Of a stretch of 64,000 nt of DNA, positions 56,723-64,000 are shown piece by piece; the stretch's first letter is position 1, and each line of letters opens with the position of its first letter. The notes under the pieces were generated by a model. The model saw nothing but the letters and a program-made list of their open reading frames with translations, had not been told where the DNA came from and searched no databases. The DNA lies in NCBI GenBank assembly GCA_038227875.1, contig JBBRPR010000022.1, positions 32,001 to 96,000 on the forward strand. The letters are read 5' to 3'. The DNA is from Planctomycetota bacterium (GTDB lineage Bacteria; Planctomycetota; SZUA-567; H5-PLA8). The position numbers and the translations under genes are program-made.

Positions 56723-56785
56723 ATTTTCTCAGCAGTGCTCAGGCATTTACTGCACATCCATTTCCTAACGATTCCCCGCAGGTTG

Positions 56786-56800
56786 TGGCAAGAGGATTGC
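56786..56800 (+). promoter_or_regulatory. Sigma54 -24/-12 promoter for the second cheY
   Basis: TGGCAAGAGGATTGC. Confidence 0.75.
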
Positions 56801-56875
56801 AATCTGTTCGGTGTCCGGCAAGCGTCCTAAAGTGCCCGGAAAATTTTGCGGCTGCCCTACTCGGAGATTTTCAAT

Positions 56876-57256
56876 ATGCGCGTTCTAGTGGTCGACGACT
56901 CCTCAACGATGCGGCGAATCCTCATCAACTGTCTGGCGAAGATCAAGGTGACCGACGTCGCCCAGGCAGGCGACGGCACCGAAGCGCTGACCGTGCTCGC
57001 CGCGCAAGGTCCCTTCGATCTGATGCTGACCGATTGGAACATGCCGCAGATGACCGGCATCGATCTCCTCAAGGCGGTGAAGGCCGACCCCAAGCTCACT
57101 GCCATGCCTGTGGTGATCGTGACGACCGAAGCGGAAAAGGAACGCATTGTCGAAGCGATCAAGTGCGGCGCGGCCAATTACATCGTCAAGCCGTTCACGC
57201 CCGAAACGCTGTACGAAAAGATCAAGAGCCTCGTGACGTTGCCCGCGCCGGCCTGA
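56876..57256 (+). CDS. cheY: Second CheY response regulator
   Basis: VVDDSSTMRRI, TDWNMP, VTTEAEK, YIVKPF. Confidence 0.93.
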   Translation: MRVLVVDDSSTMRRILINCLAKIKVTDVAQAGDGTEALTVLAAQGPFDLMLTDWNMPQMTGIDLLKAVKADPKLTAMPVVIVTTEAEKERIVEAIKCGAANYIVKPFTPETLYEKIKSLVTLPAPA

Positions 57257-57272
57257 ACGCGGGTCGGATCGG

Positions 57273-57299
57273 TCAACTGTGCGTCCTTAACAACGATGA
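57273..57299 (+). promoter_or_regulatory. Weak sigma28-like promoter for the second HDOD gene
   Basis: TCAA-N15-AACGATGA. Confidence 0.35.
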
Positions 57300-57315
57300 T
57301 TAAGGGAACCTGAAA

Positions 57316-58362
57316 ATGCTCAATTCGCTCCAGAACACCAAGGCGCCTTCGGCCACCGGCGCACCATCGGCCGGCGGTGACTCTCACAAATCGATCGCAG
57401 TGGCGGAAACGCAGAATCCGCCCAAACGCAAACTGCTCCAACCCGACAGTTTCAACGAGGTCAAGCTCGCGGAGGAATTCCGCGAGTCCACGAAGAACTG
57501 CAAGGCAATGTTCGCGGATCCCTCGTTCGATCTGCCCATGCTGCCGACCTCCGCGGTGCGCGTAATGAACCTGATCCAGGATCCCAACGCCTCGCCGAAA
57601 AAGATCGCCCACGCGCTCCAGACCGACACGGTGCTGACGGCTAAGTTCCTGCGCATGGCCAACTCGCCCTTCTATGCCGGCACGCGCGTGATCGACTCCG
57701 TCCATGTCGCCGTTGACCGACTGGGCATGGCCGTCACCAAGAATCTCGTCCTCAGTATTTCACTCAACGGCACGATTGTGCGCGAAAAGCGCCTGGGTCA
57801 CAGCGCCATGGGACTGTGGTCGCACGCCAACAACGCCGCGCTCGCCTCGCAGCTCCTGGCCCAGCGCCTGAGCATGCCACAGCAGGCCGCGTTCATGATG
57901 GGCCTGATGCACGACATCGGTAAACTCGCCGCGTGGGTCACCCTCAACAATATCCTGAGCAAGTATCCTGGCGTTCGGCCTGGCGTGCTCGAAATGCTGG
58001 TCGAAGAGAGCCATCTGGCCATGGGCGATGCACTGCTGACGATCTGGAAGATGCCGCTGGAAGTTCGCGTCGCTGCCGGCGCGCATCACAACATCGAATC
58101 CCTCAATACCGCGATGCAGTACGTGCTCGAGGTCTGTCCGGAAGTCAACGTCTCCGATTGCTCGGCCGTCGCCTCCACTGCCGCTTGTGTGATGCTCGCC
58201 GATCGCGCCTTGGGTGCGCTGGGACTGTCCGATGAAGAACTGGAGCTGGATGTGACCCAGCTGGAAGTGGCTGAAGAGATCGGACTGTCTCAGTCGCTTT
58301 TGATGACGTACCTGTCTCAATTGCCGAAGTATCTTCAGGACAACACGTTCCAGGATAAATAA
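57316..58362 (+). CDS. HDOD domain protein
   Basis: LPMLPTSA, LTAKFLRMANSPFY, WSHA, GLMHDIGKL, AHH. Confidence 0.9.
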   Translation: MLNSLQNTKAPSATGAPSAGGDSHKSIAVAETQNPPKRKLLQPDSFNEVKLAEEFRESTKNCKAMFADPSFDLPMLPTSAVRVMNLIQDPNASPKKIAHALQTDTVLTAKFLRMANSPFYAGTRVIDSVHVAVDRLGMAVTKNLVLSISLNGTIVREKRLGHSAMGLWSHANNAALASQLLAQRLSMPQQAAFMMGLMHDIGKLAAWVTLNNILSKYPGVRPGVLEMLVEESHLAMGDALLTIWKMPLEVRVAAGAHHNIESLNTAMQYVLEVCPEVNVSDCSAVASTAACVMLADRALGALGLSDEELELDVTQLEVAEEIGLSQSLLMTYLSQLPKYLQDNTFQDK

Positions 58363-58380
58363 AAAGTTGGAGTTTAGGGC

Positions 58381-58407
58381 TTAAACGCGGCATAATGGCG
58401 CCGATAA
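58381..58407 (+). promoter_or_regulatory. Sigma28 promoter for flgM
   Basis: TTAA-N15-GCCGATAA (perfect -10 element). Confidence 0.85.
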
Positions 58408-58428
58408 GCATTGCAGGAGAAGAGGAAT

Positions 58429-58764
58429 ATGCGAGTCGACGTCAACAACAGCATTAACGGCCCGGCACCGAAAGATCCCCGAGCCGAAGCGGCCAAGCAA
58501 GGCGAGAAGGCCGGCCAGGTGGTTCCCGCCAGCACGCCCGATATCGATCACGATGGCGATACCGACAGCGGAAGCAGCGACACCATTGAATTTTCGGCCG
58601 GTGCCCAGCAGCTGCTGGAACAGGGCAAGGGCGCTTCGGGCGCGGTTCGACCGGAGATGGTCGAGCGAGCCAAGTCGATTCTGCAGTCGGGTTCATACAA
58701 CGACAAGGGCGCGATTGAAAAGACCGCCGAAAAAATTGCCGACAGCTTTAGCGCTGAGGCATAA
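58429..58764 (+). CDS. flgM: Anti-sigma28 factor FlgM
   Basis: DTIEFS...VRPEMVERAKSILQSGSY...AEKI pattern; preceded by a sigma28 promoter. Confidence 0.85.
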   Translation: MRVDVNNSINGPAPKDPRAEAAKQGEKAGQVVPASTPDIDHDGDTDSGSSDTIEFSAGAQQLLEQGKGASGAVRPEMVERAKSILQSGSYNDKGAIEKTAEKIADSFSAEA

Positions 58765-58927
58765 CGGCGGACTCCGAGGTCTGGAGTCAGACTAGTTCCA
58801 TGCGCTGCGCAGATTGCGCACGCAAGTTCTGACTCCCGGCCACCAGCCCTTTGCCAGTTCAACACACCTCACCTCCCCCAATTAAATCCCAGGTTCTACC
58901 GTACGCGGCAAATTATCCCGCGTGTGG

Positions 58928-58942
58928 TGGCATTGGCGTTGC
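58928..58942 (+). promoter_or_regulatory. Sigma54 -24/-12 promoter for flgFGAHI
   Basis: TGGCATTGGCGTTGC. Confidence 0.75.
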
Positions 58943-58971
58943 TCTCTGTGTTACGTCACAGGAGCGAAGCC

Positions 58972-59712
58972 ATGACACCCGGAATTTACTCGGTAGTATC
59001 TGCAATGAACGCCCGCTGGACGCAGCAGACAGAAAATGCTGCCAACCTCAGCGGCTCGACCACCCTCGGCCACAAGCGCTCAGTCGTCGCGTTCGGCTCT
59101 TTCAATAAAGAGATGGCCGGCGCGCGCGAAGCGCAGGCAGCCAACGGCGTAAAAGTGCCGCCGCAGGATCTGGTCTACACCAAACCGGTCACCTACGATT
59201 GGTCGGGCGGACAGATGACGCCCACCGGCGCACCCCTCGACGCGGCCATTGAAGGCCCCGGCTTCTTCCAGATTCAGACGCCAGGCGGTCCGCGCCTCAC
59301 CCGCGCCGGCCACTTCATGCTCAATAACAACAAGGAACTGGTCAACGACGCCGGCTATCCCGTGCTCAGCGCCGGCGGCGGCACGATCACCGCCGAAAAT
59401 GGCGCAACGATCAGCGCCGACGGAACGATCAGCGTCAAGGGCCGCGAGATCAACAAGATCGCCGTCTTCAACGTCGACCGCACCGACGCGCTGAAGTCCG
59501 ACGGCGGCGCGCTTTTTTCCGCCAACGGCGCCAAGGTCACCGAGATCCCCGCCAAGCTCGCGCCCTCCCAGTTGGAAATGTCCAACGTCAGCGCACCGGT
59601 CGAGATGACGACCATGATCCAGAACCAGCACATGTACGAAATGTTGACCCGCGCTTTCCAGGCGCAGGACGAAGGTTTGAGCAAGGCGATCCAGGATCTG
59701 TCCGGATCGTAA
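58972..59712 (+). CDS. flgF: Basal-body rod protein FlgF
   Basis: TGAPLDAAIEGPGFF, LTRAGHF, LEMSNV; precedes flgG. Confidence 0.92.
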   Translation: MTPGIYSVVSAMNARWTQQTENAANLSGSTTLGHKRSVVAFGSFNKEMAGAREAQAANGVKVPPQDLVYTKPVTYDWSGGQMTPTGAPLDAAIEGPGFFQIQTPGGPRLTRAGHFMLNNNKELVNDAGYPVLSAGGGTITAENGATISADGTISVKGREINKIAVFNVDRTDALKSDGGALFSANGAKVTEIPAKLAPSQLEMSNVSAPVEMTTMIQNQHMYEMLTRAFQAQDEGLSKAIQDLSGS

Positions 59713-59750
59713 CGAACGCAGTGGTCACGAACTAAATTGGAGAACTACAC

Positions 59751-60533
59751 ATGATTCGCGCATTGATGGCCGCCGCCAGCGGCATGCAAGCTCAGCAGAT
59801 GAACGTGGACACGATCGCCAACAATCTCGCGAACGTGAACACCTCCGGCTTCAAGCGCAGCCAGGTGATGTTCCAGGACATGCTCTATGACACCATTCGC
59901 GCTCCGGGCGGCAATCAGGGCAACGGCGCCAAGACGCCCTCCGGCGTCCAGATGGGACTCGGCACGCGAATGGTCTCCATCTCCAAGGTCTTCACGCCGG
60001 GGTCGCTGCAGGTCACCAACCGCGATCTCGATGTGGCCATCAATGGCCAGGGCTTTTTCCGAGTTAAAATGCCCGACGGAACCCTCGCCTACACGCGCGA
60101 CGGATCCTTCAGCAAAAACTCCGAAGGCCGCCTGGTCAACTCCGATGGTTTTGAAATCGACGGCATCGACGCGCTTTCGCCCAACTCGACGGCCGTGACC
60201 ATCTCTGGCAACGGCACCGTCTCGGAAGTCGTCAACGGCACCACCGCCGACAAAGGCCAGATCAAACTCTACCGCTTCGTCAATCCGTCAGGCCTGCAGT
60301 CCCTCGGCCGCAACTTGATGCAGCCGTCGGCCGCCAGCGGCGATCCGCAGGAAGGCATTCCCAGCCAGGACGGCTTCGGCAGCCTGCAGCAGGGCACGCT
60401 CGAATCCTCCAACGTTCAAGTCGTCGACGAAATGGTGAACCTGATCGTCGCCCAGCGCGCGTACGAAATGAACACCAAGGCCGTCCAGGCCAGCGATGAA
60501 ATGCTCCAGGCCACCAACAACCTGAAGAGGTAA
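59751..60533 (+). CDS. flgG: Distal rod protein FlgG
   Basis: IANNLANVNTSGFK, FQDMLY, YTRDGSF, AQRAYEMN. Confidence 0.97.
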   Translation: MIRALMAAASGMQAQQMNVDTIANNLANVNTSGFKRSQVMFQDMLYDTIRAPGGNQGNGAKTPSGVQMGLGTRMVSISKVFTPGSLQVTNRDLDVAINGQGFFRVKMPDGTLAYTRDGSFSKNSEGRLVNSDGFEIDGIDALSPNSTAVTISGNGTVSEVVNGTTADKGQIKLYRFVNPSGLQSLGRNLMQPSAASGDPQEGIPSQDGFGSLQQGTLESSNVQVVDEMVNLIVAQRAYEMNTKAVQASDEMLQATNNLKR

Positions 60534-60539
60534 TCGACC

Positions 60540-61595
60540 GTGAAAATCTTCTCCACTGTCACACTGCTCTCTTTGGCGCTCGTCTCGTCCGCCCCGTCTC
60601 TCCGGGCGGGCGAGGCGGTGCTGGCCGAGCCGATTGCCGCTGTCGCGCCCGTCGCGATTCCGGCTTCCACTCTCTGCGTGACGCTGAAGTCCGACGCCAC
60701 GTCGACGGACGAACAAGTTTGCCTCGGCGATGTCGCCCAGATCACCGGTGTCTCCGATGCGGTCGCGACAGAGATGTACAAGTTCCCCGTCTGCCGCGCG
60801 GCCAATCCGGGACAGGTTCGCACCGTCACCGTCTCGGATGTGCTGATCGCGCTCCAGAAATTCTCGAAGTCCAAGACGAAACCCGATTTGAAAGGCAGCG
60901 ACGTCAAAGTGATGGCCTCCGCGGACGTCGTCAATGGTCCGCAGTTGGCTGAAGCCGCCGCGACGGCCGTGCGCAACGAACTCTCCAAAGACCAGGACTT
61001 CGACGTCCGCTGCGAATCCGTTGGCAACACCACCGACCAGATTATCCGCGCCGGCGCGTACGAACTGAGCGCCGATCTGCCTGAAGAAGGTGCGCGTCCT
61101 GGCAACCAGAGCGTCCGCGTGCGCATTCTGCAGAACGGAAAACGCGTCGCCGAGACGGTCTGCACCGTCAACGCGCACATCACCTGCACGATTCGCGTGG
61201 CTGCCGAGCACATTCCTTCGGGCGACGTGCTGGAAGCCAACGAAGTGAAATCGATCCGCAAGGAAGTCACAGCAAATGATCTCCGCGAACGCTGCGACGT
61301 GACCAAGCTCTACGGCATGCGCGCGCGCACATCGATCTCTGCCGGACAAATGCTGACACGCTCCGAATTCGCCTTGCCGTTCGTGATCAAGCGCGGCGAG
61401 GCCGTCCACCTGACGGTCCGGCGCGGCGCGCTGGAACTGACCGCCACGGGACAAGCGCGCGGCGACGCGGCGCTCGACGACCCGGTCCACATTTTTATCG
61501 CCGACAGCAACGCCGAAGTTGTGGCTCGCGCCTCCGGTTTGCGAGAAGCCTGCATGGACGATCCCAGCAACCCCAACGGCAAAGGCCAACGCTAA
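60540..61595 (+). CDS. flgA: P-ring chaperone FlgA (long form)
   Basis: Signal peptide, LGDVAQI, SAF-like domain, VIKRGEAV...ATGQARGDA; between flgG and flgH. Confidence 0.88.
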   Translation: MKIFSTVTLLSLALVSSAPSLRAGEAVLAEPIAAVAPVAIPASTLCVTLKSDATSTDEQVCLGDVAQITGVSDAVATEMYKFPVCRAANPGQVRTVTVSDVLIALQKFSKSKTKPDLKGSDVKVMASADVVNGPQLAEAAATAVRNELSKDQDFDVRCESVGNTTDQIIRAGAYELSADLPEEGARPGNQSVRVRILQNGKRVAETVCTVNAHITCTIRVAAEHIPSGDVLEANEVKSIRKEVTANDLRERCDVTKLYGMRARTSISAGQMLTRSEFALPFVIKRGEAVHLTVRRGALELTATGQARGDAALDDPVHIFIADSNAEVVARASGLREACMDDPSNPNGKGQR

Positions 61596-61625
61596 ATTTT
61601 CCGTTCAAGAGAGGAACCTTCGACC

Positions 61626-62303
61626 ATGCGCACCGCCATTCTCACTCTGATCTCCACGCTGGCACTCAGCGGCTGTGTGGCGCCCAAGGGCCGCCCGACG
61701 GCCGCGACGCTGCCGCAGCCGGTCAAGATCATCAGCTCGCCATCGGTCGTCAGCGATGGTTCGCTCTGGCAGGCCGATGCCCGCAACGATAATTCTCTGA
61801 CCGGAGACATCAAAGCGCGCAACAAGGGTGACATCGTCACCGTGCTCGTGATTGAAAAAGTGAACGCCTCCCACACACGCAATACCGCAACGAATAAGAC
61901 ACAGGGAACCGACGCCTCCGCGTCGCAGTTCTTCTTCCCCGGCGTGGGCACACTGAAAGGTGCGACACCGAACCTCAGCTACAAGTCGGCACGAACCTAC
62001 GCCGGCGGCGGTACGGTGACCGATTCGAATACCGTGACGGCGACCGTGAGCACCCAGGTGGTCGAAGTGCTGCCCAACGGAAATCTGGTCGTCAGCGGGT
62101 CGCGCGAAGTCACGCTCTCCGGCGAAGTCCAGACCGTCACTCTCACCGGCATCGTCCGCGAACACGACATCGCGCCCGATAACACCGTGCCGTCCACCGC
62201 GCTGGCAGAAGCCCGCGTCCACATCGCCGGTGCAGGCCCGCTGGATGACGCGCAGAAGCGCACCCAGGTCGCCCGCCTGCTGGACTGGGTCAACCTCTTC
62301 TAA
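61626..62303 (+). CDS. flgH: L-ring lipoprotein FlgH
   Basis: Lipobox LSGC, KARNKGDIVTV, VLPNGNL, GIVREHDI. Confidence 0.95.
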   Translation: MRTAILTLISTLALSGCVAPKGRPTAATLPQPVKIISSPSVVSDGSLWQADARNDNSLTGDIKARNKGDIVTVLVIEKVNASHTRNTATNKTQGTDASASQFFFPGVGTLKGATPNLSYKSARTYAGGGTVTDSNTVTATVSTQVVEVLPNGNLVVSGSREVTLSGEVQTVTLTGIVREHDIAPDNTVPSTALAEARVHIAGAGPLDDAQKRTQVARLLDWVNLF

Positions 62304-62339
62304 TTCACTCACTCTCGCGACAGAGAACGGACGGTGGCC

Positions 62340-63560
62340 ATGCGTAATCTCGTGATCGTGCTCCTGATGACCGTGCTCGTCGGACAAGCGCTGGGCGCGG
62401 AAGCAACACCGCCCACTCCTCCCACTCCTGTCGCTCCCCCCATTGCAGTCAAGGGGCCGGTCTCCAGTGCCTCACCGGTTATTGCGGAACGGCGCTCCAA
62501 TCAGCAGACGATCGAAGCGCCAACCGTGCGCATCAAGGACGTCGCGGACATTCAGGGCGTGCGCGACAATCAGCTCGTCGGCGAAGGCATCGTCGTGGGC
62601 CTCGACGGCACCGGCGACAAGCAGGGCACGCAGACGCTGCAGGTCCTTTCAAATTTTATCGCACATATGGGCGTCACCGTCCCGGCCGCCCAGCTCAATC
62701 CCAAGAACGTGGCCATTGTCGCCATCACCGCACAGTTGCCGCCGTTCATGAAGAAGGGCGCGAAGATCGACATCCAGGTCTCATCGATGGGCGACGCCTC
62801 CACGCTCCAGGGCGGCATCCTCATTCAAGCTCCGCTCAAGGGCGCCGACGGCCGAGTCTACGCCGTGGCTCAAGGCGCGATTTCCGTGGGCGGTTTTTCA
62901 GCCAACGGCGGCGGCGACTCCACCGTGCAGAAAAATCATACGCTCGTCGGCCGCATTCCCAACGGCGGTCTGATCGAACGCGAAGTTGAAACGACCTTTG
63001 CCCACAACGGCGTCGTCCGCATCATTCTGCGAAAAGGCGATTTCACCACCGCGCAGCGCATGGCCGAATGCATCAACACCCGCTGGGCCGATTCGGCCAA
63101 AGCGATCGATCCGATGACCATTGAATTCCGCCTGCCCTGCAATCCCAACGAACAGACCACCGTGATGGCCACGGTCGCGGAACTCGAAAGCCTGCTCTTC
63201 ACGCCCGATCTTTCCGCCCGCGTGGTGATCAACGAACGCACCGGAACAATCGTCGCCGGCGCACTGGTCCGCCTCTCACCGACCGTGCTCTCGCACGGAA
63301 ATCTGTACATTACGATCAAACGCTTGAACGCCGTCTCGCAGGCCAATTCCCTGAGCAACGGTACGACCGTCGTCACCACCGATACGGCGACCGAAACCGT
63401 CGAAGAGAACGGCCGTGCCATCGTCCTCGAACACGGCCCGACGCTGGCCGATCTGGCCGCGGCGCTCAACGCTCTAAAGGTAAAGCCGCGCGACATCATT
63501 GCCATCTTTCAGGCTCTGAAGGAAGTGGGCGCATTGAATGCCGAACTGGTGATCATGTAA
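62340..63560 (+). CDS. flgI: P-ring protein FlgI
   Basis: RIKDVA..QGVRDNQLVG.GIVVGLDGTGD, VVINERTGTIV, GALNAEL. Confidence 0.96.
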   Translation: MRNLVIVLLMTVLVGQALGAEATPPTPPTPVAPPIAVKGPVSSASPVIAERRSNQQTIEAPTVRIKDVADIQGVRDNQLVGEGIVVGLDGTGDKQGTQTLQVLSNFIAHMGVTVPAAQLNPKNVAIVAITAQLPPFMKKGAKIDIQVSSMGDASTLQGGILIQAPLKGADGRVYAVAQGAISVGGFSANGGGDSTVQKNHTLVGRIPNGGLIEREVETTFAHNGVVRIILRKGDFTTAQRMAECINTRWADSAKAIDPMTIEFRLPCNPNEQTTVMATVAELESLLFTPDLSARVVINERTGTIVAGALVRLSPTVLSHGNLYITIKRLNAVSQANSLSNGTTVVTTDTATETVEENGRAIVLEHGPTLADLAAALNALKVKPRDIIAIFQALKEVGALNAELVIM

Positions 63561-63563
63561 GGC

Positions 63564-63578
63564 TGGCACACCATTCGC
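63564..63578 (+). promoter_or_regulatory. Possible sigma54 promoter for flgJ onward
   Basis: TGGCACACCATTCGC. Confidence 0.55.
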
Positions 63579-63618
63579 CATCATGCTCAGTGAGGCGCTC
63601 GACCCGGGAGAATTTGCT

Positions 63619-64000
63619 GTGACACCCACAAGTTCAACGACTTCTGGCATTTCTTCCACCGGTACGATGCAGAACTCGGCCCTCGGTGCACTGCCCCGCG
63701 ATCCCAAAGCGCGTTTGAAGAAGGCCGCGCATTCCATGGAAGCCCTTTGGCTGACGGACATGCTGAAAGAAGCGCGCCCCAAGGGCGGCATGTTCTCCAA
63801 GTCGTTCGCCTCGTCCACCTTTCAAGACATGATGAGCCAGCAGCTGGCACAGAACATCGCCGACACCGGCCTGTTGGGACTTTCCGACAGCCTCAGCCGC
63901 CAGTTGCTTCACACCCAAAGTGAAATCAGCAAGACCCAGTCTGGCTTGGCCGGCGAGGGCTCCGACGCCTCACCCGCCAACTCGGCTTCACATCCCGCAG
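63619..64000 (+). CDS. flgJ: FlgJ rod-binding domain protein (3' truncated by window)
   Basis: Open frame from GTG 63619 (or ATG 63583): LKKAAHSMEALWLTDMLKEAR...TFQDMMSQQLAQNIA..GLLGLSDSLSRQL; not in the ORF track. Confidence 0.85.
   Translation, partial: MTPTSSTTSGISSTGTMQNSALGALPRDPKARLKKAAHSMEALWLTDMLKEARPKGGMFSKSFASSTFQDMMSQQLAQNIADTGLLGLSDSLSRQLLHTQSEISKTQSGLAGEGSDASPANSASHPA

Noticed and set aside
56398..57303. 301-aa plus-strand ORF overlapping cheY
   Set aside because: No motifs; overlaps cheY, two promoter sites and the better-supported small minus-strand ORF
20453..64000. Absence of fliC, fliD, flgK, flgL, fliS and MCPs as evidence of a filament-less system
   Set aside because: The cluster is cut by the window edge inside flgJ, and fliA/flgM imply late genes elsewhere

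Overview
GC-rich bacterial chromosomal segment, tentatively Planctomycetota or another diderm PVC-type organism (inference from protein motifs, not a database result). Bases 1-17 kb are housekeeping and accessory genes: the glmS 3' end, an orphan ABC ATPase, floA plus a YqfB-like gene, an MBL hydrolase, an FxsA-like gene plus a YprB-like exonuclease, an AraC-linked divergon with a heparinase II/III-type lyase, a CobW-like GTPase, a GTAG-type REP doublet, a TIM-barrel epimerase and an RND pump pair. From about 17 kb to the end is a large motility island that runs off the window. Its leftward arm is a sigma54 activator, cheA-W-Y-B-R-X, two TPR genes and flgB, followed by a hybrid kinase and an HDOD gene. 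Its rightward arm is flgC-fliEFGHIJ-(motE/ylxF-like)-fliK-flgDE-motAB-fliLMNOPQR-flhBAFG-orf-fliA-pilZ, then cheY-HDOD-flgM-flgFGAHIJ. The most unusual features all point to a non-canonical motor. FliN carries an N-terminal pseudo-receiver (CheY-like) domain. MotB has lost both canonical peptidoglycan-binding residues. Two envelope TPR proteins are arranged with a relocated flgB. The sigma54 activator has GSFTDA and no recognisable HTH. About nine -24/-12 sites, a recurring helically phased GCA-N5-TGC box and up to four sigma28-type sites can be read directly from the DNA. No flagellin, hook-junction, cap or chemoreceptor genes, and no rRNA, tRNA, CRISPR array or transposase, were seen.
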